In this document: piece by piece, positions 23,661-35,688 of the stretch
How positions within the stretch are numbered: the stretch's first letter is position 1
Layout: each line of letters begins with the position of its first letter
Assembly: GCF_001194135.2 (NCBI RefSeq)
Contig: NC_068985.1
Location: forward strand, 71,583,825-71,634,486
Source: Octopus bimaculoides
Lineage: Eukaryota
DNA: 50,662 nt
Direction of reading: 5' to 3'
Made by a program: the position numbers and the translations under genes
Notes under the pieces: model-generated
Told to the model about the DNA's origin: nothing
The model's input: the letters and a program-made list of their open reading frames with translations, nothing else
Databases searched by the model: none

Positions 23661-24954
23661 TAGTTTCAATTTAGCCTTTCTTAATCATTGTGATTAAAAT
23701 GTCAGTCTGAATCTTCAGTTCTTTACATGTGAGAAATGAATTTTTGAGGGTAAGTTTACCTACAATAGCTTTTTATTTAGAGAAAACATTTTCCCTTTTA
23801 TCCACTTCACATATTAGAAACCAAAGTTAAACCCCAGCTCAGCAAAAGCCTGTGAAAGGTTTTGAACTTTAGTTCTTTTGAAACAATATTTCAAACACAA
23901 ATAGAAATATATGGATTTCAATTAATTTTCTGAACAATCAAGAACCTGGGTGGAAATTTATTGTTTGTTGACTTAGAACTGTGATATATCAAAGACATGT
24001 TTGCAATTATTCATCTTGTAAACATATGTAACTTTTTTTTATTTATTTAATTAATTATTAATTATTGCTATATTTATTGCTATACTTGTCTTATTTTTGG
24101 AATACAAGACAATTGTAGTATGATGGAAATTTTACTTTGCAAAGTATGTGTGCTATCATTCATGTAATAATGCAATTTGGGATCCTGATTTCAAATTAAA
24201 TATTAACACTTTAAAGCAGCTCATTAAAAGTGGTTTGGTAACTTAGAACCAAATTTCATATCATTTATCATCCATGTAGTAGTAGGGAAGCAGACAAAAT
24301 GCATTACAGTATTCAGTTGTTTTCCTTTATGTTCTTAGTTTGCTTTTCATCATTCCTAGATTGATAAAATAGGTACCGGTCAAAAACTGGTGTTGATTTA
24401 ATCCCTACCCATATGCCAATAATATAAATTCCTTGTAAGTTCTAAATAAATATTAGACAGACAGACAAACGGTAATGAGATTCTATAGGGGTTATTTTTG
24501 TCACCTATTTTTCCAAACCCAGACATAACAAAATGCTTTCTTTTCCTTTCTATGTTTTATTTTTACATCTTTCAAAGAGTGGATATTGATTGCTCGAGTG
24601 TGCAAGAACTTTTACAGTTGGATACCTTGCCAAAATCCAACCGCTCAACCATAAACAACTTGGGCATCTATTTGTCAGCTCGTCAGACTGAGCAAATAAA
24701 ATTTTCGCAACTACCCCACCACCTCATTTTTACTTTATTATTTGGTACAGCACCTGGCAACAAAAATGATTGATAATATAAAAGAATTTCCAACTCATTT
24801 GCTATTTAAAAATAATATCTAAAATTTGAATCTGTTGTCTCGGAGCACTATTTATTGCAGATAAATCTAGAGACAGATGTCCAGAAATAAAAAGAAGGGT
24901 CTTGTTTCTCTAATTTTAATTTTACATCATGTAGAATTGTGAAAACTAGAATAT

Positions 24955-25028
<74 letters not shown>

Positions 25029-25620
25029 GTAGAAACCATAAAAGAGAAAGGATGACAGGAAAGAGATGAAGGGATTATAGGAGTCATCAAGAGAGATGGA
25101 GTAAGAAATATAGCCATGTGAGTAGGAGTGTATGGAGAGAAGGAGGGGGAGAATATGATGACACATACTCAGCAGCCAATCAGGGCCATTTAAGGCATCA
25201 GACCAACTGGGGCAAGAGGAAAACAAAGCACAACATTATGTTTGTTTGTTTGTCTTTTGTTCATGTTTTTGCAGTGTGTCATTTTTGTTAATTTCACTTT
25301 CACCTTAGTAATTTAAGAAAAATATTGGGGAAGAAAAAGAAAATATTGCCAGTCTATTGTTGATAGGGATGTGTAACGACACAATAAATCTAGTGAAATT
25401 TTTAAAAGTCTTGTTGATACAAACGATTTGTTTCATCCTAACCTGTCTTACTTGTGATTAACAAACATCAAGCATCCAGTTTTGGTTTTGTTAATACACA
25501 CATCTGACTGACAACCAATACAGCTGTATTAGCTGTCGGATGATTTGTACTTCGTTTGTTTAAAATAAAATGAAGCAAAAGCTAAAGATGACTCAATATT
25601 TACTTACAGAAGTTAGCATA

Positions 25621-25695
<75 letters not shown>

Positions 25696-25704
<9 letters not shown>

Positions 25705-25909
25705 CTATAAGCTCAAGGCCTGAAATTTTGGTGGAGGGTATGAGTCGATTACATCAACCCCAATGTTTCACTGGTATTTAATTTATTGGCCCCGCAAAAA
25801 TGAGAGCAAAATCGACCTCAGCGGAATTTGAACCCTGAACATGAAGACAGATGAAATACCGCTAAGCATTTCATCCACCATGCTAACAATTCTGCCAGCT
25901 CACCGCCTT
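25696..25909 (-). mobile_element. Family C SINE in a long (TAA)n array
   Basis: (TAA)n at about 25620-25695 and 25910-25945; head ends GCCAGCTCACCGCCTT. Confidence 0.88.
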
Positions 25910-25945
25910 AATAATAATAATAATGATAACAATAATAATAATGAT

Positions 25946-26175
25946 AAGGCGAGCCGGCAGAAAAGGCGGCGAGCCAGGCAAAATGCTTAGTGGTATTTCG
26001 TCTGCCGTTACGTTCTGAGTTCAAATTCTGCCGAGGTCAACTTTGCCTTTCATCCTTTTGGGGTCGATAAATTAAGTACCAGTTATGCACTGGGGTCGAT
26101 GTAATCGACTTAATCCTTTTGTCTGTCCTTGTTTGTCCCCTCCATGTTTAGCCCCTTGTGGGCAATAAAGAAATA
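25946..26175 (+). mobile_element. Family C SINE variant with a different 3' end and (AAT)n tail
   Basis: Shares the 5' ~150 nt with other C copies, then CGACTTAATCCTTTTGTCTGTCCTTGTTTGTCCCC...GGGCAATAAAGAAATA(AAT)n. The head is partly duplicated. Confidence 0.88.
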
Positions 26176-26207
<32 letters not shown>

Positions 26208-26875
26208 CAACAACAGCAATAAAGTTAAAGTGATTTTTAACATTGTTATGAAGGGAAGGATGTGTTTCATTTTATCACCATAACTGCAGTATTTAACTGG
26301 TACCTATTTTTCATCAACTTTGAAAGATGAAAGGCAATGGTGTCAGAATATTTTTGTTGTTGTTGTGATTGGGGGTGTTGGTGACAATGATGATTTTGTT
26401 GGTTTTGTTTTACATGGGTACTAAAAGTGGAACATTATGCAGATGAAAAATATAATCACAAACTTTTCTCTCCATCCTCACATTCTGGAAGAAAACATTG
26501 AGAATTTCCTCCAAAAGGAAAAGATCATTCTAAAATGTTTCAACCTCGTGTATTTAGCTATAAACTGAAAACACAAAAACACTGCTTGACATTTCTTATG
26601 ATAGAGCCAGTGGGTAACTTAATCCTTCCTGCATGATATAACAGTAATTGTTCTATATAAGCCCACAGGTTGATCCATGAATGCATGAGTAGTAAACATA
26701 ATCTGTTGTCCATTTTAGCACTCCTATTTTGTCTTTGTATACTTTTAACTGAAATTATAATGTTACAAGGATAACTTGGTGTGTTGCTTCCTGCTATGGT
26801 ATCCCATGTCATGGTTTTTTTCTCCCTTTCTGTCCACTAGTCTTGGAAGGCCTGCTCAAGGTTGTTACCCTTCCT

Positions 26876-27145
26876 TCATCATCATCATCATCATCATCAT
26901 CATTATCATCCTCATCATTATCATCCTCATCCTTGAACATCCATTTTCCATGGGTTGGACATCTTGACCAGTGCTGGCAAGTAGAGAGCTACACCAGGTT
27001 CCAGTCTGATTTGGCTTGATTTCTACAGTTGGATGCCCTTCCTAATACCAATCACTTTACAGTATGTGCTGGGCACTTTTAACATAGCACTGGCACAAGT
27101 GCTTTACTACATTAAAAGCACCCAGAATACACTGTAAAGTGGTTA
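26876..27145 (-). mobile_element. SINE family D with (CAT)n tail remnant
   Basis: (CAT)n, then CCATTTTCCATGGGTTGGAC...CTACAGTTGGATGCCCTTCCTAATACCAA. Confidence 0.75.
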
Positions 27146-27421
27146 AATCCAGAACAATGTTATCTCCTCTGCAGTGTCTCAAACATACCACATTATTTCC
27201 ATGATTTTACCCCACTGTTTGTACTGTTGTCTTTGTAAAGGTTGCAATGAAATACCACTGCACCTCAGACATTCCCCCTGTAGTTTGCACTGCCATCCTT
27301 GCATAAGTTTTCATAAACTGGTACCACACCTCAGTGGCACTATTAGGCCAAGGGTTTCAAAAACTTATCTCTAATATTAGATCTGAAGAAATGGCACTTC
27401 ATCAATATCTAAGAGGGTGCT

Positions 27422-27634
27422 AAGGCAGCAAGCAGGCAGAATCATTAGCTTGCTGGGCAAAATGCTTAGTGGCATTCCTTCCACCAGCACAGTCTGAGTT
27501 CAAGTTTTGCCAAGGTCGACTTTGTCTTTCATCCTTTCGGGGTCAATAAAATAAGTACCGGTTGAGCACTAGAGCCAATGTAATCAACTAGCCCCCTCCC
27601 CCAAAATTGCTGGCCTTGTGCCAAAATTTGAAAA
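27422..27634 (+). mobile_element. Family C SINE with a 19 bp TSD (2 mismatches)
   Basis: CAATATCTAAGAGGGTGCT (27403-27421) vs CAATATTTAAGAGAGTGCT (27635-27653). Confidence 0.85.
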
Positions 27635-28324
27635 CAATATTTAAGAGAGTGCTGATGAACCTATGACATATCTCAGCTGTGACTTTCCACAAATATTTAG
27701 ATGACATGTGATGGATTGTAAAAAAAATCCTTGCAATATCATGCAATAAAAGCTTAAATTTAAACATTTACATGAAACTAAAATATTAAAATATACGTGA
27801 CGGTCTAATAACAGGGTTATTAAAGGAGTGAAAATCTTGACATGCCAAGCTGAAATGCATCACCATTACTGAGCTAAAGTAGACCCCATGTCACAATCAG
27901 GGCTGATTTTAAGTCAATTAGACCAATTGGTTCAAATTGGGCCCACTCTAAGAGAGGGCCCTGAGCACACACTCAAGTGAAGGATGCTATGATGAATTAT
28001 TGTGGCTTTATAGCTGCGATTGACATACTACATGAAGCATAAAACATCAATGTTCAGCTTCTGTAGAGTAGAGAGCTCCACTGACAATTCTCTAATCGTG
28101 TTCGTACTTCTTTTCTACACAGGCTCTGCATAAAATTTGAAAATCAGTGCTTACTTGTTACAAATCTGTGAATGTATGACAATACTTAAGGTGTCAGATA
28201 CCTATCCTTGAACTACAACCTGATTTACAACCATAGGTGGTTCTGTCAAAGATACAAGCTATAAAAAAAAAAGGCTCAAGAACTTTGCTACAATGTATCT
28301 CTGAAGATGATGTAATCAAGGAAA

Positions 28325-28783
28325 AAAATCCATCTGGATATCTGCAAAGGGTTACAGGTGAAAGTAAGTGAATTTCTAATTAACAGTACATGAACCATTC
28401 ACAAAAAAAGTAAAAGAACAAAATGAACAAGAAATGATTATACTCTTAGTTAAGCAAAGCATAGCCATCTTACTAAAGAATATCAATAAACTATCAAAAT
28501 ATAAGAAGCTGGAAATGGAGATATTCTGAATATGGGAACTAGAAAGAGAAATAATCTCTGTAGTAATGAGTAGAGATGCAGAGAAATGTATAACCAAAAC
28601 CACAAACTTACAGAAAATTACATTATTAAACATGGTACACACACATTTCCAGTACAACGGAATGCTGTATGTGCCTAATACATGAATCTAACAGAGCTGT
28701 ACTTGAGAGTGCAGCGAAAATGTGCAATAAACAAGACTAATGGAATGATAATGGTAAAAGTAAAAACAATGATAATAATAAAG

Positions 28784-28830
<47 letters not shown>
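28325..28830 (+). mobile_element. Decayed 3' end of an R4/Dong-like non-LTR retrotransposon with (TAA)n tail
   Basis: Translates to ...KLSKYKKLEMEIF*IWELEREIISVV...LQKITLLNMVH, similar to the RLE C-terminal pattern (KYxDLxxEIxRxW..IPVVIGALG..QKxxLLGT) of R4/Dong elements; followed by (TAA)n at about 28770-28830. Confidence 0.55.
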
Positions 28831-29081
28831 TTTTAATTTAGGCACGTGGATAGAAATTATGAAGTGAGGGAATTAATCAACTTCAGAACTTGGCTGATAC
28901 TTTATTTTATCAATCCCAGAAGGATGAAATACAAAGCTAACCTCAGTGGGATTTGAACAACGAATGTGAAGGCCACTGTACAACTGAATATTTTCTGCAA
29001 CACAACAGTTTATATCACAGCACAAGCATCATTACTAATGATCTAACACTGGTACAAAACTAAGTTTTAGTGGCAGAAATA

Positions 29082-29400
29082 CAGGGTGGGGTCAAAAGTC
29101 ACGCACCAAGATGAAAACTCATTTCAATTTCACATTTCGGTTTTTCTAAAATTCTATAAAATAAATAAAATGATGATGAATACACACATATTCTACAAGA
29201 TGAATGAAATGAATAATAATGATGATGATGATGATGATGATGATTTCAAATTTTGGAACAAGGCCAGCAGGTTCAAGAGAGGAGCTCAACCGGTTCTTAT
29301 TTTATTGACCTTGAAAGGATGAAAGACAAAGTCCACCTCAAATAATAATAATGTAATTTAAATGGCAAATATTTTGGTGCATGACTTCTGGCCCACCCTG
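29082..29400. mobile_element. Tc1/mariner-type MITE with a nested SINE fragment
   Basis: TA at 29080-29081 and 29401-29402; TIRs CAGGGTGGGGTCAAAAGTCACGCACCAAGAT vs CAGGGTGGGCCAGAAGTCATGCACCAAAAT. A family C fragment sits at about 29225-29340. Confidence 0.85.
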
Positions 29401-29410
29401 TATAGTAGAT

Positions 29411-29607
29411 TCTTTTACTTGTTTCAGTTATTTGATTGTGGCCATGCTGGAGCACCACCTTCAATCAAACAAACCAGCCCTAGGACTTATTCTTTGTAAT
29501 CCTAGAACTTATTCTATCAGAGTCTTTTGCTGAACCGCTAAGTTACGGGGACATAAACACACCAGCATCGGTTGTCAAGTGATGCTGGGGGACAAACACA
29601 GACACAG
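29411..29607 (-). mobile_element. Family A SINE, 3' module only
   Basis: CTTTTACTTGTTTCAG...GCTGAACCGCTAAGTTACGGGGACATAAACACACCAGCATCGG; no head visible. Confidence 0.8.
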
Positions 29608-29670
29608 AATCTACCAGAGCAAACAAGACCAAGCATTCTGAGAAGTAAAACAATAATAATAGTAATAATA

Positions 29671-30490
29671 ATCTTTTCTACTAAAGATACAAGGCCTGAA
29701 ATTTTGGGGAAGAAGACTAGTCGATTACATCAAACTCAGTGTTTCACTGGTACTCAGTTTATTGACCCTGAAAGGATGAAAGGCAAAGTCAACCTCAAGA
29801 GAATTTGAACTCAGAATGTAAAGACAGATGAAATGTTGTTAGCCATTTTGCCCAGCATGCTAACAATTCTGTTGCCACATTACTAATAATCTTTTCTACT
29901 CTAGACACAAGGCCTGAAATTTTGGGGCAGGGAGCCAGTTGATTAGATCGACCCAGTACGCAACTGGTACTTAATTTAACAACCCCAAAAGGATGAAAGG
30001 CAAAGTCAACCTCGGCGGAATTTGAACTCAGAACGTAAAGACAGATGAAATACCACTAGGCATTTCGTCTGGTGTGCTAACGTTTCTACCAGCTCACCAC
30101 TTTTCGCCACCTTAGTAATAATGATAATAATTTTTTCTTATTTTGATGAAGGCTAGCAATTTTGAAGGGAGGGGCAAAGTCGATTACACTGACTTCAGTA
30201 ATTGGCTGGAATTTATTTTCATCTATTTCATTAAAGGATGAAAGGCAAAGTTGACCTCAATGGAATTTGAACTCAGAACATTCAGAAATGGAAGAAATGC
30301 TACTAAGTTTTGTATCTGAATTGCCTGCACAGGCACAAGGCCAGAAACTGTGGGGACAGGCAGCAGCTGATTACATCACCCTCAGTTTCTTACTGGTACT
30401 TTATTTTATTGGACCCTAAAGGATGGAAGCGGAGAAAGTCAGCCTTGGCAAGACATGAACTCATAGTGAAAAAACACGCAATTAAATACT
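29671..30490 (-). mobile_element. Array of four consecutive family C SINEs
   Basis: Copies at about 29671-29875, 29888-30113, 30130-30305 and 30335-30490, same orientation, mostly separated by short TAA/AT-rich spacers. Confidence 0.85.
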
Positions 30491-30658
30491 TTCTCCATGA
30501 GGTAGTTTTTCTGTCACTCTACCAGTCTTCCCAATGACGAGACAAATAAATATAATAATTTATTCCTCAAAATTTAATTATTGCAGTTGTTTATTAATTT
30601 AATAACAACATAAATCATTATCATTTGACTGTTATTGTTGTAATTATTGTTGTTATTA

Positions 30659-30696
<38 letters not shown>

Positions 30697-32641
30697 GTCT
30701 GATCTGATAACAAGGCAACCAGCCTCAAATGTTCTCTGCTGTAGGTGAAGGAGAAATAACTCCAGCAATAACTCCTACCACTGCCAGCACCACCAGCCCC
30801 ACCCCCGCCTTCATCTGATTTTTTTTTCTTAGTCCAGAGCAAGCAAAACCTGTTAAATGACCCTGTCACTAAACTAAACAACCATCATGTCGGCATCATC
30901 ATCATCATCACCACCACCACCACCAATGCTACCAGCACCAACAAGCACCCACCACACAAATCATGTTCTTTGAAATATATAAACAAATATAAAGGCAATA
31001 AAATATCCCGTAATAATATANNNNNNNNNNNNNNNNNNNNNNNNNNNNNNNNNNNNNNNNNNNNNNNNNNNNNNNNNNNNNNNNNNNNNNNNNNNNNNNN
31101 NNNNNNNNNNNNNNNNNNNNNNNNNNNNNNNNNNNNNNNNNNNNNNNNNNNNNNNNNNNNNNNNNNNNNNNNNNNNNNNNNNNNNNNNNNNNNNNNNNNN
31201 NNNNNNNNNNNNNNNNNNNNNNNNNNNNNNNNNNNNNNNNNNNNNNNNNNNNNNNNNNNNNNNNNNNNNNNNNNNNNNNNNNNNNNNNNNNNNNNNNNNN
31301 NNNNNNNNNNNNNNNNNNNNNNNNNNNNNNNNNNNNNNNNNNNNNNNNNNNNNNNNNNNNNNNNNNNNNNNNNNNNNNNNNNNNNNNNNNNNNNNNNNNN
31401 NNNNNNNNNNNNNNNNNNNNNNNNNNNNNNNNNNNNNNNNNNNNNNNNNNNNNNNNNNNNNNNNNNNNNNNNNNNNNNNNNNNNNNNNNNNNNNNNNNNN
31501 NNNNNNNNNNNNNNNNNNNNNNNNNNNNNNNNNNNNNNNNNNNNNNNNNNNNNNNNNNNNNNNNNNNNNNNNNNNNNNNNNNNNNNNNNNNNNNNNNNNN
31601 NNNNNNNNNNNNNNNNNNNNNNNNNNNNNNNNNNNNNNNNNNNNNNNNNNNNNNNNNNNNNNNNNACAGTACTCCGAAATATATTGTTCAGATATTTAGA
31701 GTTGTTCAATAAATAATCAATCAAAACAGAATTTGGAGAGAGAGAGAGAGAGAGAGGGGACTGAGGAGAGAGAAAACTTGGATACAAAAAAAAATATGAC
31801 AAAAATAAAATAAATATGAGAAAGTTTATGAAAGTAGAATAGAGGAAGGTGATTGTGACATTTTAATTTGAATTTATGGACAGACTTGGGAACATTTCTA
31901 GTTGATTGACCACCATAGTCAGAGATCTGATAGTCTTGGAGCCAATGAAAGAGAAGGGGCCTTATGTGGCTGGTTGATCAATTAACCTGATAGAACTGGC
32001 AGCTGAATCTCCTTCAAATCATACCCTACCATCTCAAAAAAAAAAAAAAAAAATGGAAGGGCATATTTGATAGGGGCAACCTCCATTGGTTTCAATGATG
32101 AACATCTAATTGTTCAACTTACTGAATCCTCATTCATGAAATTAATGTGGAAGTGACTGAGTGCTCCACAGATATGTTACCCTTAATGTTTGTTAATTCT
32201 CAGGATGAATCATGATGATACAATGGGTGGCAAGGCTAAATCTTTGAATCACAGGGACAATGCAGAGAGAGGTGGGGGGGGGGGGAATTAACTTTGATAT
32301 TGGACTAGTACTTTATTTATCAACCCCTAAATGACCAAATGTAAAGTTGATATCATTGACATTTGAACCCAGAGTGCAGAGATCCAAAATGATCTTTATC
32401 TGATGGTCTAATTATTCTGTCAATTCACATTTTATAAAGCAGAAGAGAGAACATTGTTAGAATTAAAGACAAGATGGTCACAGATGGAATGTCCTTGACC
32501 TTGGTTTGATGCATCAGATTACCTAGGGCTAAACAATGAGACAAACATCTCTAATTAAAAAAAAAATAGTGTATGCTTTATGTGGTCTGCTTATCTGGTA
32601 GAAACAGCAGCCAAATATCTATCGAATCACAACCTACTTTC

Positions 32642-32730
32642 TTTTATCTTTTACTTGTTTCAGTCATTAGTCTGTGACCATGCTGGGGCACTGCCTTGAG
32701 TGGGGAATGAAACATTGACAGAAACACACA

Positions 32731-32804
<74 letters not shown>

Positions 32805-32950
32805 ATGCGCTTCTTTCAGTTTCCATCTACCAAATCTACTCACTAGGCTTTGGTCGGCCCTAGGCTATAGTAGAAGACACTTACCCAAGGTGCCACACAG
32901 TGGGACTGAACCCATAACCATGTGGTTGGGAAACAACCACACAATCATGC
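32642..32950 (-). mobile_element. Family A SINE with most of the 3' module deleted
   Basis: Tail end and head are present, with (CA)n(TA)n between them. Confidence 0.8.
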
Positions 32951-33589
32951 CTGTGCTTATCTTAATAAAAAGGAAACACATCAAGCACTGTTGGCCAATA
33001 TAAAAATAAATATGGTCGTAGCTGAAGTGCCTCTGATCATTGATTGGTTTGTTGGATCAAGGCTGATCTGAGATTCAGCAACAACCAGTAGCCTATGGGT
33101 TCTTGCGAAGGCATGTAACAACCCACTAGAGTTAGCAACCAAATCCCTTCAAATTACATTCTACCATCTTGATAAAAGGAAAGGACATTTTGAATAATAA
33201 CAGTCCTTAGATATACAGAGAGATGGGATCGTCACATTTGGAATGCCTTTCCTCACAGGTCTACTGGATTATACAGAATTTTGATAAAAAGATTTTTTAG
33301 CCTATTCCTATTGTATTTCTTTTTTTCAAATACACCTAATGTGGCACTTTTTTTTTTTTTTTTTTTTTGCAATAGAGTGGGATTTGATTAAAATATGGTT
33401 GCTGCTTCTATCAGGTCAAGCAACAACAAAAAGCTAGCACTTTTTTCTAGTAGTGAACTTTATGAAATATTGCTCATTATTTAATGGGCCAAATGACTCA
33501 GACAGTAATTTAAGAAACATAACATATAGTACAGATTACATCATGTATTACAAGATAACCTCAGGACATTGGACCTTTTGGAGGACATA

Positions 33590-33920
33590 ACAAACGACTG
33601 AGATATCTGCTGCCTTACTGTACTGGTGCCTTGCTGTCCTCCACAGCAGAGGTGTTAAGGTCATTCTCCCTGCTGAAGAGGATTGGCCTGCAAGAGTTCT
33701 ATGCCAGTGCCATGTAAAAAACACCCATGTTGGTCCCACGTAAAAGTGTTCATGCCAGTGCCACCTTAAAAGGACTGAGCACACACTAAATTGGTTGGCG
33801 TTAGGAAGGGCATCCAGCTGAAGAAACCAAGCCAAATCAGACTGGAACCTGGTGCAGCTCTCTGGCTTGCCAGCATAGAAAACAAATGTTAAAAGATGAT
33901 GATGTTGGTGATGATGATAA
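33590..33920 (+). mobile_element. SINE family D
   Basis: TTGGTTGGCGTTAGGAAGGGCATCCAGCTG...GCCAGCATAGAAAACAAATGTTAAAAGATGATGATG. Confidence 0.8.
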
Positions 33921-34416
33921 TTACACAAAGTAAATTACAAAAGTCTGAAAGAAGTCACTGATAAATGAGAAGCGAAAGAGAAAGAAACAAAATTGTTCTA
34001 ATTAAGAGTTCGACCTAATGACTAGGTTACACAAATTTTGTAAAATGTTATGTTTATATACTTATGATACTACACGATCCATACAAAAAGGCATAAAAGC
34101 TCTGTATGTGACCCAAGTGCTGCAGCCGCCCATGTTCCCTTGTTGGCTTATTTCTAGGGTAGTTGATATGATGGGAGTTGTAAGCAGTAACAAAACAAAG
34201 AATATACCTATTAGTTTCAAGTAATTAAGTAATTTTAGATGACAACATAAGATAATTAGTGTGGATTTCGAGGGGTTCCTGTCCTAAAGTTTAAAGTTAC
34301 TACAAACCACATAGTTTTTACTCAAAACAAAATACTTGCAATACAGTAGAACATAGTTGCATTTCACTGTAAGATAACGTAAAATAACCATTTATTTTCT
34401 ATTTCTGTTTTCTGTA

Positions 34417-34590
34417 TGAAGGCTTGTATTTCACTAGAATTTGTCTTGTTGAAATTGTAGACTACAAAATGCTTCATGTTTCATACTGCATCCTATACGT
34501 ACATGTAAGATATCTTGTACTACTATATTTCTGTAGAAATGGTAACCTCATCTGATCAACTTCATCATTTGGGAGTGATGGTGAGGAGAA
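34417..34590. repeat. Unclassified old dispersed repeat, copy 2
   Basis: Collinear with 15185-15360. Confidence 0.75.
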
Positions 34591-35399
34591 TTCTTAAAGG
34601 TGGAGCTGAATTCTGTTTGTGGTAAAACACCAGCAGCTGAAAGTGTTAAAATATGATTTGTTTTGCAAACCTTATCTTCTTGGTGATTCTCTCTCATCAG
34701 CATTCAGCAATTATAGTGAACATTATACTTTGCTGGAGAGGTCTGATAAAACCAAACTATACTCTGAGTTGTCTCTTGTACATTCCAAAATAGTTAAAGA
34801 AATATTAGCTTCTGTAGCATATTTCTCAACTCATGAATATGAGGGTGTTTCTGGGGGTTTTTTTTAATGCAAATGGTGTATCTTTGCAAGAAAAAGCAGC
34901 TAAATCTACCTCAAATTACACCCTAGTAGTTTTTTAAAAAATGGGAAAACATGGGATAATGTAGTTCTAAATATAGTATATCGAACAAGTGTGAGTAAAT
35001 GACTCAGTGGAATTTGAACTCAGATCGTAAAGGCAGACAAAATGCCATTAAGCATTTTACCCAGCGTGTTAACAATTCTGCCAGTTCACTGTTTTACAAC
35101 ATCAACATCAAAATCTTATGACTGACTGGTCTTAAACTCTGCCGTACCTTTTTTGTAGAGAAGGTGAACTAGATGAATTATCAAGCAAGTGTCCTGATTA
35201 AGAACACAACAAGAGTGGATTCAAGCAACAGCCTTCATGACTGATTTTGATAAGATTTTCCATGTGAAGTTAAAACAAAATCTTGTTGCTTGCTATGGTG
35301 GCACTTGCCACCAACAATTACACCAGGTTTTTCCATTTCTTCAATGTCAGATGAAGAGCAAGGCCTCAAAATATAGTCCATACACCTTGTGAACTTACC

Positions 35400-35688
35400 A
35401 AACTTTTCTGTTGACTGGCTCTTGTGTGGGTGGCACATAAAATACACTATTCTGAGCATGGCCATTGCCAGTATCGCCTGACTGGCCTTCATGCCGGTGA
35501 CACGTAAAAGTACCCACTACACTCTCGGAGTGGTTGACGTTAGGAAGGGCATCCAGCTGTAGAAACTCTGCCAAATCAGATTGGAGCCTGGTGTAGCCAT
35601 CGGGTTTCACTAGTCCTCAGTCAAATAGTCCAACCCATGCTAGCATGGAAAGCGGACGTTAAACGATGATGATGATGATGATGATGAT
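35400..35688 (+). mobile_element. Young SINE family D copy with (GAT)n tail
   Basis: Nearly identical to the reverse complement of 42408-42575; ends AAACGATGATGATGATG. Confidence 0.9.

Noticed and set aside
29671-30490. CRISPR-like repeat array
   Set aside because: Units are about 200 bp diverged SINE copies without constant short repeats and unique spacers; the context is eukaryotic.
30730-30818. CTGCTGTAG|GTGAAG and the following EGEITPAITPTTASTTSPTPAFI* frame
   Set aside because: Weak tract and weak donor; the sequence is CCA/ACC low-complexity.
35130-35194. Acceptor CTTTTTTGTAG with a 30 nt frame-preserving candidate exon (EGELDELSS)
   Set aside because: The only matching donor is AA|GTGTCC, too weak to call without RNA evidence.
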